64,000 nucleotides of DNA, taken from Octopus vulgaris (Eukaryota). The notes under the pieces were generated by a model, which saw nothing but the letters and a program-made list of their open reading frames with translations, did no database searches and was not told the DNA's origin. The position numbers were made by a program, and so were the translations under genes. Within the stretch, counting starts at the first letter, position 1. Each line of letters opens with the position of its first letter. This document shows, in pieces, positions 1-12,318 of this stretch. The stretch lies in assembly GCA_951406725.2 (NCBI GenBank), contig OX597814.1, forward strand, positions 126,108,001-126,172,000, written 5' to 3'.

Positions 1-689
1 TCCAATATGTACTAGCTAGATAGTAAAGTCCTCCAGTGTATCCTGGCTAGCTAGCCCAATGTTGCTATTTTGCTTAACTTAGTATTATTCTCACAGAGAG
101 TGGGCTTAGTATTTTTCCTAACTGGTACTACCCCACCATTTGTCTTAATTATAGACTGAAGCCATTTGTTGTAACCAGTTGCTACAGTCTTGCTATTTGT
201 CCTAATTAGTTAATAATGATCTATCATAGTTGTACTCAGAAAAGTCTAAATATCTCCAGTTACCTCCAAGTAATATAGACGACCTCATGGTATTAAGCTG
301 ATAATTATTCCATTTTGAATAGAATGTAAGCCTATCACAGATAACATTCCTAGATGAACTGATACATATTCCTGGGTAAACAATGCAGTGTATTTGGCGT
401 ATTTCTTACAAAGTACTTCCTGTTGATTTGAACTCAAGATCTTTGAACTGGTAGCTCAATACTTTATCCATTAGACCATTTTGTCTGAATTCATTAAGTT
501 TCACTCTCATTTGTATTAAATAATTGTGTTTTGATATTTCCATCATCTTATAATCTTTTAAATGAAAAATAGTGGTTTTAGAGAAGATCTGTTCATTAAT
601 ATCATCACTGTTATACTATGGTAGCAACCAAATGTTCCTCAAATCACACACTACCCTCTTATATATTTATATATATATGGACTCTAATA

Positions 690-891
690 TAAGCACAAGG
701 CCTGAAATTTTGTGGGAGAGATAGTCAATTGCATTAACCCCAGTGCTCAACTGATACTTATTTTATCAACCCCTGACAGCATGAAAGGCAATGTCAACCT
801 TGGCATAATTTGAACTCATAACATAAAGCCAAAACAAATACCGCTTAAAATTTTGTTCAACATGCTAATAATTGTGTCAGCTTGCTACCTT
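690..891 (-). mobile_element. Decayed tRNA-headed SINE, family A
   Basis: Reverse complement aligns with the family A copies at 9209 and 31786, including the GAGTTCAAAT B-box and TTGCCTTTCAT core. Confidence 0.75.
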
Positions 892-900
892 CATATCCTT

Positions 901-1096
901 GTCTGGCACCTGTGCCGGTGGCACGTAAAAAGCACCCACTACACTCACGGAGTGGTTGGCGTTAGGAAGGGCATCCAGCCGTAGAAACATTGCCAGATCA
1001 GACTGGGCCTGGTGCAGCCTTCTGGCTTCCCAGACCCCAGTTGAACTGTCCAACACATGCTAGCATGGAAAGCGGATGCTAAACGATGATGATGAT
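901..1096 (+). mobile_element. Short interspersed retroelement 3' part with (GAT)n tail, family E
   Basis: GTTGGCGTTAGGAAGGGCATCCAGCCGTAGAAAC...AAACGATGATGATGAT. Related copies near 28437, 29445, 31010, 34018, 35900, 36546, 48290, 50148 and 59047. Confidence 0.8.
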
Positions 1097-1314
1097 ATAT
1101 ATTAACTGTTACAACTATGTAAGGAACACTGTCTATCCTTATAATGCAATGCATAGGTATCAAAACCACAGGCTTACAATTCATTAACAGAATTAAGCAT
1201 TGATGAATTGCATATATTGTTTCTTGTCAGACATATCCTGTCCTAGACAGATGACTGTTATAACAGTTTTAGTTCTTTCTGCCCTGATTTTCAAAAGCAG
1301 TGACTTGACTACAA

Positions 1315-1317
<3 letters not shown>

Positions 1318-1364
<47 letters not shown>

Positions 1365-1380
1365 CTCCCTCACACACACA
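1318..1380. repeat. (CT)n then (CA)n microsatellite
   Basis: Read directly from the sequence. Confidence 0.95.
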
Positions 1381-1767
1381 CCCACAGAGGAATTAGAGAT
1401 TTTATCACTCTTAATGGTCATATAGTAAGCAAACCATTCTGAGTATTTCTGTGTCCCCATGAATCCAGTGTAAGAGCACGGTGAAAAAGTTCAACAAGCA
1501 ATAACAGGATTCTCTTACGAGATAAAAGTAGATTGTATGACGCTTGTTTACAAAGTGCAGTGTTGCATGGTAGCAAAATGTGGGCATTAAATGCAAAAGT
1601 TGTATGAAAATGGGGAAAGGGGAAAATGAGCAGGTTCCAGAAGTTATGTAATGTTAATATGCAAAAATGAATGAGCATATGCATATTATATTGGGTTGGT
1701 AAGAAAGTAATTTCGGTTTTTTAGTGTGAAATAAAAGTTATTTTCTTTTTCATACAAAGAATGAATT

Positions 1768-3110
1768 TTAATCAATTATATATTTTCCGTTTTGCTTGAT
1801 GACCTTTTGCCATCTTTCTAGCAACTTCATGATTCTGCGCCCATAGAACTTCTGATCCTTATCAGCCAAAAACTGAAACAAGCGTAATTTCAGGTCATCA
1901 TCATTATTGAAAGTTTTACCATTCAAAGAATTTTGCAAACTTCAAAGTAAATGGTGTTTTGATGGTGCAAGTTTAGGGCTACATGGTGGATGTGATATCA
2001 CTTCCCAACCAAGCACCAATAATTTTTCAGGGGTCAGCAAAGACGTGTGTGGTCTAGTGTTGTTATAGTGGAACACAAGTGAGGGCGCGTGGCTTAGTGG
2101 TTAGGGCATTCGGCTCATGATCATAAGGTTGTGAGTTCGATTCCCGGCGACGCGTTGTGTCCTTGAGCAAGACACTTTATTTCACGTTGCTCCAGTCCAC
2201 TCAGCTGGCAAAAATAAGTTGTACTTGTATTTCAAAGGGTCAGCCTTGTCACTCTCTGTGTCACGCTGATTATCCCCGAGAACTACGTTAAGGGTACACG
2301 TGTCTGTGGAATGCTCAGCCATTTGCACGTTAATTTCACGAGCAAGCTGTTCCGTTGATCGTATCAGCTGGGACCCTCGTCGTCGTAACCGGCGGAGTCT
2401 TTAAGAAGTGGAACACAATTCCTTTATGATTTGCCAATTCTGGCCATTTTTCTTTGATTGCTTCCTCTTGTTTCATTAGCTGTTGACAGTAAACATCTGA
2501 ATTGATTGTTTGGTTCCTTAGAAAGCAGCTCAAAATACACAACACCTTTGTAATCCCACCAAGTTGACAGCATAACCTTCTTCGGATGCAATTCAGCTTT
2601 TGATGTGGTTTGTGCTGGTTCATTACTCGGGACCATGATCGTTTTTGATTGATATTATTGTAGATAATCCATTTTTCATCACCGTGATGATTTGTTTCAA
2701 AAAATGGTTGATTTCATAGCATTTGAGATGCATATTGCAAATATTGATTAGTTGTGTTAAATGAATCTCTTTCAATTTATGTGGAACCCAAATATCAAGC
2801 CTCTTAACGAGTCCAAGACATTTTCAGTGGTTTTCAATTCTTGTGTGTGATACATTTTTCTCTGCAATCTTTCACATAGTTATATGACAATCAGATTCAA
2901 TTATGGCTTTGATTCGGTCATCATCAACTTCAGCAGGTCAACCAGAACATTGGTCATCTTTAAGTGAAAAATCTCCAGAACAGAACTTTTTAAACCATTT
3001 CTGTTAACACTATAAACTTCACATATCTCTTTATGAGCCTCTGCAGCTTTCTTGCTTTTACGGAAATAAAAAATCAAAATGTGGTGAAAATATTCGTTTT
3101 TGCACTCCAT
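1768..3110 (-). pseudogene. Mariner transposase pseudogene (frameshifted, SINE-interrupted)
   Basis: Fragments MECKNEYFHHILIFYFRK, DEKWIIYNN, KKVMLSTWWDYKGVVYFELL, GIVFH/YNNTRPH, HPPCSPKLAPS and RWQKVIKQNGKYIID* match mariner motifs. Second and third catalytic Asp are mutated. Confidence 0.93.
2081..2402 (+). mobile_element. Young tRNA-derived SINE (family C) inserted in the mariner
   Basis: A-box TGGCTTAGTGG, B-box GAGTTCGATTCCC, CORE-like TGTGTCCTTGAGCAAGACAC. 12-bp TSD AGTGGAACACAA at 2067-2078 and 2407-2418. CpGs retained. Confidence 0.93.
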
Positions 3111-6100
3111 GTTAAAACTGACACTGAACTAACAGCTGTAAATAAAATTACGCACAATTTACTACTAAAGTAAGCTAAAGGTAACGGCTATCAAATATCA
3201 AAAGGAAAACATCATAACATTGACAAAAGTCATTCAAAAAAATCGTAACTCTATCTATTTGCGCAAAGACGAAGTTACTTTCTTGCCAACCCAATACATA
3301 AATAAGAACATGGAAGACATGTTAAATAATGATGATACACTCTAAAGTAAAATTTACCAGAAAGATACAGCAAACAATTCAGAGAGGGAGAGGAAGGGAA
3401 GATAAAAGGGATCAATAAATAAGACAGTGAGCTATGTTCGTTCACCACAGTTAACAGAGAAGTAGTTAAGGGAAAAGAGACAGTCGGTTACTTTTATAAA
3501 AGTTGAGAGAGCAAGTAATATGCCACTAATCTTGTAAGCTGATTGTACTGATAGAAGCTTGTTTTACAAATTGATTGTCAATCTGATTATCATCATTTTC
3601 CTCCTCCGCCATCTTCTTTCCATCATGTTGGGCTAGATGACAGATGTACCATTTAACCTGATAATTATAGAATTTGTCTAGCATTGTTCCATCACTGTGT
3701 CTTTTGAAACTAATGATATTTAGGGGCTACTACTCCTCACTAGACTTTACAATAGTTAGGATTTACACCCTCATCTGGCCTTAAAGTGTAAATAGTACTA
3801 AGTAAAATTTGTTTGGGATTCTTTGCTGCAGTGTCTTTCTTGAAGAAACCTGGGAGACACCAGGATTGATCCTTTATTTTAATTACCTCAGAAGGATGAA
3901 AGGCAATTAGATTTGAACTCAGTATGATTTGAATTTTGAACTAAAAGGGCAAAAATTAAATGCCACAAAGAACATTGCTCAATATTCTTATGGTTGTGCC
4001 ACTCAATTGCTCATTATTACAATTGTGAAATATGTAAAAGATTTTCTAATGAATACTGAAACTATCATCTACTACTGTCCATCCCTGTCATTTGTCATCT
4101 TTTTCCCGTTTTTCTTTCAGTGTTTTCATCATTTCTAACATTTATTGCACCCAATGTTGGTCAAATGAATTTGTAAATTTAAAAAATTCGATTTTTATAG
4201 CAGCTTTCATTTTGAAACTTTAATTAAGTATGGCTTTTGAAGAAAATCTTTGAAAACAACTGACAAAGTCCAGTCAAAGTTTCATTCATAAAAGAGGAAA
4301 AACAATAGATACCACTTGTGAAAGTAGCTTTAAATTTAAATAACTTTCTTGTGATCAATGTTTTATTGATACATATTGATTTCCTTGATTATAAAAGAAG
4401 TTCAATTTAAGTTGAAGACTCTATAGAATGTTTCAGGTATATTAATTTTGTCCCAGTCAGACTGCTATATTATTAATATTTTCATTTCTAAGAAACTTAG
4501 AAATATATTGCTTAGTTGATGTGAAATAATTTATTTCTTGTTTTTCTGTAAAGAAATACACAATTCTGCTTCGTAAAACATTAATTATTTGTTCTTGTGT
4601 TATTTATTTACTTTCTTATCAGCTATAAATATTAATTATTTACTTCACATGAGACCAGAACAGTCCCACTACCCCCAACACCCCCATTACAGAAAGACTT
4701 ATGACTTCTTTAAATAAGCTACATTAATATAAAGGTATAAGTTCTATTGCTGTATTATAAGATGATACTCTTCTCTGTAATACATTGACACAAGTATCAT
4801 TTAGCTTTGACTTATTTCAATAAACAAGACATCAATTTAAGAAATTTAGCTGTATTGTTGAGTCATTTTCTCCAATGGAATTTGCTCTCTTATAAAAGAA
4901 TTCTTGGGGAATCTACATAGGGATTGTCTATTGAATTGTTTCATTCTTCTCTGTTTTGTCTAGTGTAAATATTTATAACAACAGTTCAGTTACTTTTATC
5001 CTATGTTTTGATTCCCTATCTTAAACTATTGATTTCCCTCCTTACTTCCACTAACAACCCACCACCTCTTGCATCATGATAAATGTTCTGAATCGGTGTT
5101 CTTTTACTGCTCTTTACCTTAAAGACTACACTAACAAATATTCATGAATAATGGATGTATTTCACTGTCTAGGGAGCACATGTTGATTTAGTGCGTTCTT
5201 GACTTTAATATTGTTCCATCCCACAGAACTTTGCCTACACACCTCTTTCTACATCTTTATTAATATCACTTACACTTTTCACTACTTCTTTTTCTGCATC
5301 TCCTCCCTTCCTAGTCAACTCATACAGTTTTCATTCACCATTATTCTCTTTCACAAGCTTTCCTTTCTTCCTTCAAGTCTATTTCTTTTTCCTCCTCTGT
5401 TGCCGAAAAATAATATATTATCTATCATTGAAAAGTTCTGAATCAATATTTTCCTCATATTGGTCTTTCTAATTGACTAATCTACTGAGCTGTTAACCAG
5501 TTGAGACCAGTCTGAGAGATGGAGAGGCCAATAAACAGGAGGTGCTTTATATCATTTAGAAAATCTTGTATCCATTTTCAGCAAGAACTAAAGTGGCAAA
5601 CAAGCATGTCTTATAATCTGTTTTATTCTCCCTTTACAATCATTTTACTATGTGACACTTTTGACCCCATGAATAAATAGATGGTGTGAAATCTGGATGG
5701 CACTTAGCTGTTTGCCTTTGTATGTGAATGTGTGTGTGTTTATATGTAAGTGTATGTGCATATTATCTCATACATATAATTTATGCATCTTTAATCACAC
5801 ACTCATTCTCATAAAACTACTATCATCTTCATCAAAATTATTCTGATTTATATGCGTATACAAGCTATATCTGTTCATATATATTAAAAGTCAGAGATAT
5901 TTATGCAAGCTTATATTACTAAACCAATTTATGTGGTTCCAGTTGTTGGCAATTTAGCTATTTGCTGTTTTGTTCAAGCAGTTGGCATGTTTCCCATTTT
6001 ACTATTGACCTTTTCTAACAGGAACTTAATGTCTTGCATATATTTTTCAGATCTTTACTTTTGAGATTGATATTTTCTTCGGATCAACTTTTCACTTTAA

Positions 6101-6459
6101 ATGTTTTAGAAACTAACAAATCCATTGATAAATGGTGCCTTGATATTGATTTTGTGTGCAGAATGTGTTAAATTATATGTATATATTTATTACTGTTGTT
6201 GTTTTTGTTGCATGCTTAGAGTGTGCAGAGCACTGTAATTTATGCATTTGTGGAAGAAATCTTGTGAATGACCTTGAAGAGGCTAATACTGAGGGAATTA
6301 AATTGGAGTATAGTCCCTATGGTAGTCAAATTGATTATATTCTCTCAGCCAAAGTGGGATCAAAAGTGTTCTACATGCCTTTCAACTCTCATAACAAGAC
6401 TGTGAGAAGGGTACTGACATCTTAGTAAACCTAGAATTTCTATACAAATATGTCAAGAT

Positions 6460-6785
6460 TTTGATCTGGAGACCACTCCAATGATATCATCAATAGCCAG
6501 TAATGGCTATTTTTCTAAAGTAGCTTCCTAGTCATAGGAAAGCTGTACTGTGGAAACAAACATTATTCAGTAATGACCTGGAGATCACACCAGTGCTCTA
6601 ATCAGTAGTCATGACCCAAAGTCCACTCTCCATTGATATAATCCACAGGTAGTCATGACATGAGTTCATACCAGTAACATAAATCAGAGCTAGTGACTTC
6701 ATTCATAGTCCATAAAATCTTGGAGGTCATTCACAGCCAGTCATCATGACCTGGAAATCACACCAGTGCTATAATCCCCAGTCAG
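6460..6785. repeat. Degenerate ~40-bp minisatellite
   Basis: Recurring CATGACCTGGA(G/A)ATCACACCAGTGCT(A/C)TAATC-like units. Confidence 0.65.
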
Positions 6786-7324
6786 TTTATATTCAAGTTA
6801 AACACATCAGTTTTTTCATGTTTATGTAAAAGGTTAGGTGACTGTAAAATATGCAAGTATAGCCATCCAAGATATTCTGTCATCATCAAATAGAAGTCCT
6901 GTTATTTAAAACTTTTCTAATGCAAGTACAAGGTTAGCTGACACAGTTGACATCTCTTACTTGTAATGTCTTCTTCCTGGCATTAAAATAAAATCTCTTC
7001 ACTCATATGGTCTATCTACGGTTAAAGAAAAATAAAATTATTATGAGATGCTTTCTCATTATTTATGTACGGATTTCACCACTGATATTTTAGGTAGGCT
7101 GTGATAAGTGTGTACTTTCACTGAAGAGTTCAAACAAGAAGAAAGGAAAAATAAACGACTGCAGCTGCATCCCATATTCCTAGAGGAAAACACTGTATTG
7201 ATAATCAATTAATATTATTTATAGTTTATTGCATATCACATTTTAAATTAGCTTTTTAGTATTTTTGTTTATACTTTTGCCCTCTTTTCACTTGAAGGGA
7301 GACAGTAGTGGTTATAATAATGAT

Positions 7325-7520
7325 AATGGTTTCAAATTTTGATACAAGTTTTAACAAGAGGGGTTTAGTTGATTACATAGACCCCAGTACTGAACTGCTA
7401 CTTATTTTATTGACCCCGAAAGGATGAAAGGCAGCAGAATTTTAACTCAGAAAGTAAAAAGTCAGAATAAATATCACAAAGCATGTTTACCAAAAACTCT
7501 AACAATTCTGTCAGTTTTAT
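7325..7520 (-). mobile_element. Decayed SINE, family A
   Basis: TTTATTGACCCCGAAAGGATGAAAGGC is the reverse complement of the family core. Confidence 0.8.
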
Positions 7521-7670
7521 TTACTACAAGGGCTCAAAGAGATACAGAAAAAATTACAAAAGTTTCATAAAGGGTCACAAAGAAAGAAGTGATAATGTGC
7601 TGTGTGAAAACACATATTTGCCAATTATAAAGAGAGATGTAAGAGGCTTTTACAATATATGGAAAGACAA

Positions 7671-8027
7671 AGGCAGCGAGCTGGCAGAAACGTTAGCACA
7701 CTGGGTGATATGCTTAGTGGTATTTCGTCTGTCTTTATGTTCTGAGTTCAAATTCTGCCGAGGTCAACTTTGCCTTTCATCCTTTCAGGGTCAATAAATT
7801 AAATACCTATTTCTTTACTACCCACAAGGGGCTAAAGAGATAGAGGACAAACAGATTAAGTCGATTACATCGACCCCAATGCGTAACTGGTACTTAATTT
7901 ATCGACCCCGAAAGGGTGAAAGGCAAAGTCGACCCCGGCGGAATTAAATACCAGTTGTGTACTGGGGTTGATGTAATTAACTGGCCCCTCCCAAAAAATT
8001 TTGGGCCTTGTGTCTAGAGTAGAAAAG
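7671..8027 (+). mobile_element. SINE family A (older tail type), split by an antisense copy
   Basis: Head GGCAGCGAGCTGGCAGAAACGTTAG, B-box GAGTTCAAATTC. Sequence resumes at 7942 after the insertion. Confidence 0.9.
7808..7945 (-). mobile_element. 5'-truncated young SINE family A nested in antisense orientation
   Basis: 11-bp TSD AATTAAATACC at 7797-7807 and 7942-7952. Tail matches the 9209 and 31786 copies. Confidence 0.88.
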
Positions 8028-8659
8028 AATATATGGAAGGACATTGTAAGAATTTTAAAGGTACACACATGCACATACTGATATACTCACATATGTATAC
8101 ATGCTTATGCACTAATGTAAATAAGAAAAAGTATGATAATATACATAATAATTTAAACACGATATAATATAAAGAAATAAAGCATGAAAGATTTTCTGGC
8201 TAGGATGGGTTGGGTACTCCACAGTCTCGTTCACTTAATTATTTCTCAAATTATGTTCAAATACAACCAAATTCACCATTACAAATTTTTTTGAGACCTT
8301 TATAGTGTTGGAAAACACCAACATCTGAAGGTATTCTCTTTTTAATACCAATATATCTTTTATTTATACTCTGAACATAATTGTTTTTCTGTCATTCTAA
8401 CACCTTAGGAGAGTCTACAGCACTACATAAGCATGATGTTGTCAATTAAGCTGTTTGATTCTCAAAGAACAGTGAATCTTAGATAATTTTTATCCTCTTC
8501 TTTTCCTACTTTATTTTCCTAGAGAAGGATTTGTTCCTCATCATCTTTTCTTCAAAAATCAAAGTTAATAGACAAGTGCTACAGAGTCTCCCAAGAAATT
8601 AGAATTGCACAAAAAAACAATTTAGAAACTGGAGTCAGCCCTAGCCAATTGGACTGCTG

Positions 8660-9170
8660 ATAAGCTCACCATTGCCCAGAATATGGATGTCACTATGGAG
8701 CAGTAGTAGATGGATTCAGTCTGCATCCTTTATCCTAGTCTTAGTGTGGTCCAATTCTCCTGACACACCAATCTGAATGACATAATCAGAAGGGTCTTTG
8801 ATGCAATTGGCTTCCCATCTCAACTTGAGCCAGAAGGTCCCAACTGCAGGGACAGTAAGTACCATGATGGGATAACCTTCTTCCCATTTGAAAGAGGAAG
8901 ATCACTAGTCTGGGATACAATGTACAGTGACATGTTCTCTGACTCCGAGAAAAAAATCGATACAGGAGCTTGGCTGGCTACTATCAGTTTATGCTGGTTG
9001 CTGTTGAGACGTCAGATGTTCTAGGACCCCATTCTACTGGTTTCCTCCACAAAATAGGGATAACAGTAGTGTGTCAGAGGAACAAGCCTCATGAGTGGAG
9101 TGGTTGCTGCAGCAAGTGCCGTTGGCCATATTCTGAGGCAACATCATCAGTCATTACTGCAGGGTGTGGC
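8660..9170 (+). pseudogene. CRE-clade-like non-LTR retrotransposon C-terminal fragment (Zn knuckle and restriction-like endonuclease)
   Basis: Translates to HTNLNDIIRRVFDAIGFPSQLEPEGPNCRDSKYHDGITFFPFERGRSLVWD, YQFMLVAVETSDVLG and WLLQQVPLAIF*GN. These resemble the CRE-like motifs RH..NDII, RPDG, LVWD, AVET.G and QRGN. Confidence 0.8.
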
Positions 9171-9208
9171 TGGGCACCCCACTTTTTCTGGGATATCTGG
9201 ACCATCAC

Positions 9209-9436
9209 AGCGAGCTGGCAGAAACGTTAGCACACCGGGTGAAATGCTTAGCGGTATTGCATCTGTCGTTGCATTCTAAGTTCAAATTCCGCCGAGGTCG
9301 ACTTTGCCTTTCATCCTTTCGGGGTCAATAAATTAAGTACCAGTTACGCACTGGGGTCGATGTAATCGACTTAATCCGTTTGTCTGTCCTTGTTTGTCCC
9401 CTCTATGTTTAGCCCCTTGTGGGCAATAAAGAAACA
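9209..9436 (+). mobile_element. Young SINE family A
   Basis: Pol III boxes and core GTCGACTTTGCCTTTCATCCTTTCGGGGTC. 17-bp TSD GATATCTG(G/A)ACCATCAC at 9192-9208 and 9437-9453. Confidence 0.93.
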
Positions 9437-9978
9437 GATATCTGAACCATCACCCTCTTCCCCTCCATCTTCTGCTGCTTTACACTCCCCACCTTTTTCT
9501 TTTTTTACTTTTCTTTCTTTTCCTTTCTCATCTCTCTTTCTTGTTTCTTTGTATTTAAATATTATAATAAAATATAAATTTTGTATGCTGAAGCATGTAA
9601 TAAAATAAGTACTAAATTTAGAAAATATACAAAAGATACAAGCCCTTCAGAATATATTGAGAGGAATGATCTAAATTGTCAAAGGTAAAAGTTTCAGCAC
9701 TCTCTACTGAATCTTTAAAACTGAACGAATATCCAAAATACATGCTGAAGTTCTCAGACATATCTCTGACCATACATTTGTGTCCCTGTACATAGGTCAC
9801 AGAAACACAAAAATCACAATAAGAGACACTGAACTCATGGCTGGTTGTAACTTTTGTATGGGAGAGTGATCAAAACTGATTTAATGAAAGGTGACCTGTC
9901 ATCAACAAGTGTTAAAATGAACTTGCAAAATCTAATGATCCTCAGTGGCCACAAACCATACCAGAACTGTGCCCAGTA

Positions 9979-10429
9979 CTAGGGTGGACTGAAAAGTTCA
10001 TAGGCTGACAATGAAAGAATGACGCTAGAATTGTGTAATCTTGCATGCATTAATTTCAGCTCTTCTTGTTAATAATTACATGGATTCTTACCAGGTAAAC
10101 TGACATTTGACAGTTCAAAGAAGACTTCAAATGTAATTAGTTTTGACTTCTCTTTAAAATAGACAAAATTTGGCATCATGGTGTTATCAAGTACCTGCAG
10201 AAAAACAGTTTAATCGCCAACAACATTCATGCTGACATCGTTGATACATTAGGAAATCCCTTGGCTAGGAACCAGTATTGTAAGGATGATGAAAGCTTCT
10301 TCACCAATGGGACCCAAGCACTGCAACACTGATGGAAACAGTGTGTGGACTGCAAAGGAGACTATGTTGAAAAATAAGCCTCATTTGGTCACAATCTATG
10401 AGAATATGAACTTTTCAGCCAGCCCTCAT
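9979..10429 (+). mobile_element. Internally deleted mariner (MITE-like derivative)
   Basis: Imperfect TIRs AGGGTGGACTGAAAAGTTCATA and TATGAACTTTTCAGCCAGCCCT with TA flanks. Only the transposase N-terminus (DKIWHHGVIKYLQK...DTLG) and C-terminus (FFTNGTQALQH*WKQCVDCKGDYVEK*) remain. Confidence 0.88.
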
Positions 10430-10684
10430 TACAAAGGGTAGAAAGCCTCGTTGTTACATTTGTCAGAGTAAAACATGCCTGGGAGAAATGTGAAGACTAA
10501 ATAAAAATAAAGAAAAGGAAATCATAAAATACAGTCTGAGCAACAACAGTCTTATCCTGTCTCTTGCTTTTTATACTGTCTCCAGAAATTTCTAGAAGTT
10601 ATCCGTAGACCTTGGTTCAAAATTTCTCTGGATTAAAAAAATTATCTAATCTTTCTTGATGCACAGAATTTGTTTGATAAGAGA

Positions 10685-10930
10685 CCTTTAGTTGAACAGA
10701 CTTATAATCAAAGACATTCTTTCTGTGACCATCTAGTTTATATTCCATGGCTACTGAATTTATCAAATTCTTCTAATAACTGTCCAATGGACTAAAGTTT
10801 TATTTATAGCAGGGTACCTTACCCAAATATATCTTTCATATTTTAATGATGGTAGAGTGCAATTTGAGAGAGAGAGAAGTGAGAGATCCAGCTGTTATTT
10901 CTAGTAGACTGTGTAACCAGATAGAAGAAG
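10685..10930 (-). mobile_element. Family D ~200-bp interspersed repeat
   Basis: Reverse complement matches the CTAGAAATAGCAGCCAAATCTCCCTCAAATCACACC family consensus. Confidence 0.6.
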
Positions 10931-11744
10931 TTATGTCACTGGTTAACGTGCTGATGATCTTCATAAGTGACAGTAATGAGTAAGTTGTTAGATAACCATC
11001 CTAACTAAAACTGATATCAATAAAAAGAAGCAGTTGATATCACTAAATACATGCATACAAACAAAATACATGCATACATACATGCATACACACATTCGCG
11101 TGCACACACACACACACACACATACACATTCAATCCTCACTATATTGTTTCCTAGTTTGCTGGCGTTGCTATGCCAATCACTTCTAATTAAACATTGCTG
11201 CTAATTAGTTATTATTTCACATGCTAATTCCATCAGACTTGTCTACGTGAAACTTCAGTTTATTTCCACTGGTTGTTGGAAGGGGGCTTGTGTAGAGTCT
11301 GAGAGAGAAAATGGCTAATTTTCTTCTCATCTTCTTTGATTCCATCTCTCATCTTTGACCTGATTTGTGTTCTCTTGTATTTCCACATAAACAACCTTTG
11401 ATCTTAATTACATTAGCATTCTTTGGCTGGGATTTATAGATAGTTATTAGTACTTGACTCTAACAACACACACACAAACATACACTATATATGTGCACCG
11501 CCACACAATATAAGCTACACACATACAAACATATGCAAACACATACACACACACATACATGCACACACAAACACACACAAGCATAGATCCTATTTTCAAC
11601 TATAATTATAAAGGATATAGAATTCCAAAAAGTAATAATTTAATTCTTATCTAATTATCTTTCTTTTACTCATAATCTCCGTTTATTTATATAGAATTGT
11701 GTGTATGTGTTGTGAACACCAAAATTAATCTTTCAAGCCATTGA

Positions 11745-11950
11745 AGGAGCTCCTACAGGGTCACTTGATAGAAATGAAGTGAAGCCTCTCTGAAAATATA
11801 CCCTACTGCAATAAAAAAAGGAACATATTAGAAAATGTAATCCTAAATTCCCTATCTTTGAATAAAAAAAATAGAATTGGAATGCTGAAGCTGGAATGTT
11901 TTTGATCATAGGTGTGCTCAGTCATTGTTGACCTTGGGTTAAACAACAAC
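11745..11950 (+). mobile_element. Family D interspersed repeat with (AAC)n tail
   Basis: GGAGCTCCTACAGGGTCAC...GCTGGAATGTTTTTGATCATAGGTGTGCTC...TAAACAACAAC. Related copies near 14540, 23328, 41760, 42246, 51570, 52170 and 63765. Confidence 0.75.
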
Positions 11951-12115
11951 TTACTGTCTCGTGTGTTATTTATATAGAATTATATCAATAAATATTATGA
12001 AGACCAATATTATAATTATATTCAGTTATGGCTTTGATTTATGGCTTAGTACTTGACTCTTGCATCACACACACACACGAATATATTCACATAAATACAC
12101 ACATACTTACACATG

Positions 12116-12318
12116 ATATATATATATATATATATATATATAAACAATTGTGTGTATATATATATATATACAAATATATATATAAACAATTGTGTGTGTA
12201 TATATATATATACACACACATATGTATATATATATATATACACACACACATACGTATATATATATAAACAATTGTGTGTGTATATATATATATATATATA
12301 TACACAGTGTGTGTGTGT
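12116..12318. repeat. Compound (TA)n/(TG)n microsatellite with higher-order unit
   Basis: ATATATAAACAATTGTGTGT occurs three times among TA runs. Confidence 0.9.

Larger units (their letters stand above)
1691..3294 (-). mobile_element. Full-length decayed mariner (DD34D) transposon, mellifera-subfamily-like
   Basis: TIRs TTGGGTTGGTAAGAAAGTAATTTCG (1691) and revcomp TTGGGTTGGCAAGAAAGTAACTTCG (ends 3294), each flanked by TA. About 1.26 kb after removing the nested SINE. Confidence 0.95.

Noticed and set aside
2081-2150. tRNA gene (also at 9209, 28908, 31786)
   Set aside because: A/B boxes continue into SINE bodies, most with TSDs; these are tRNA-derived SINE heads.
11165-11178. RFX X-box-like GTTGCTATGCCAAT
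   Set aside because: Imperfect single motif with no promoter context; expected by chance.
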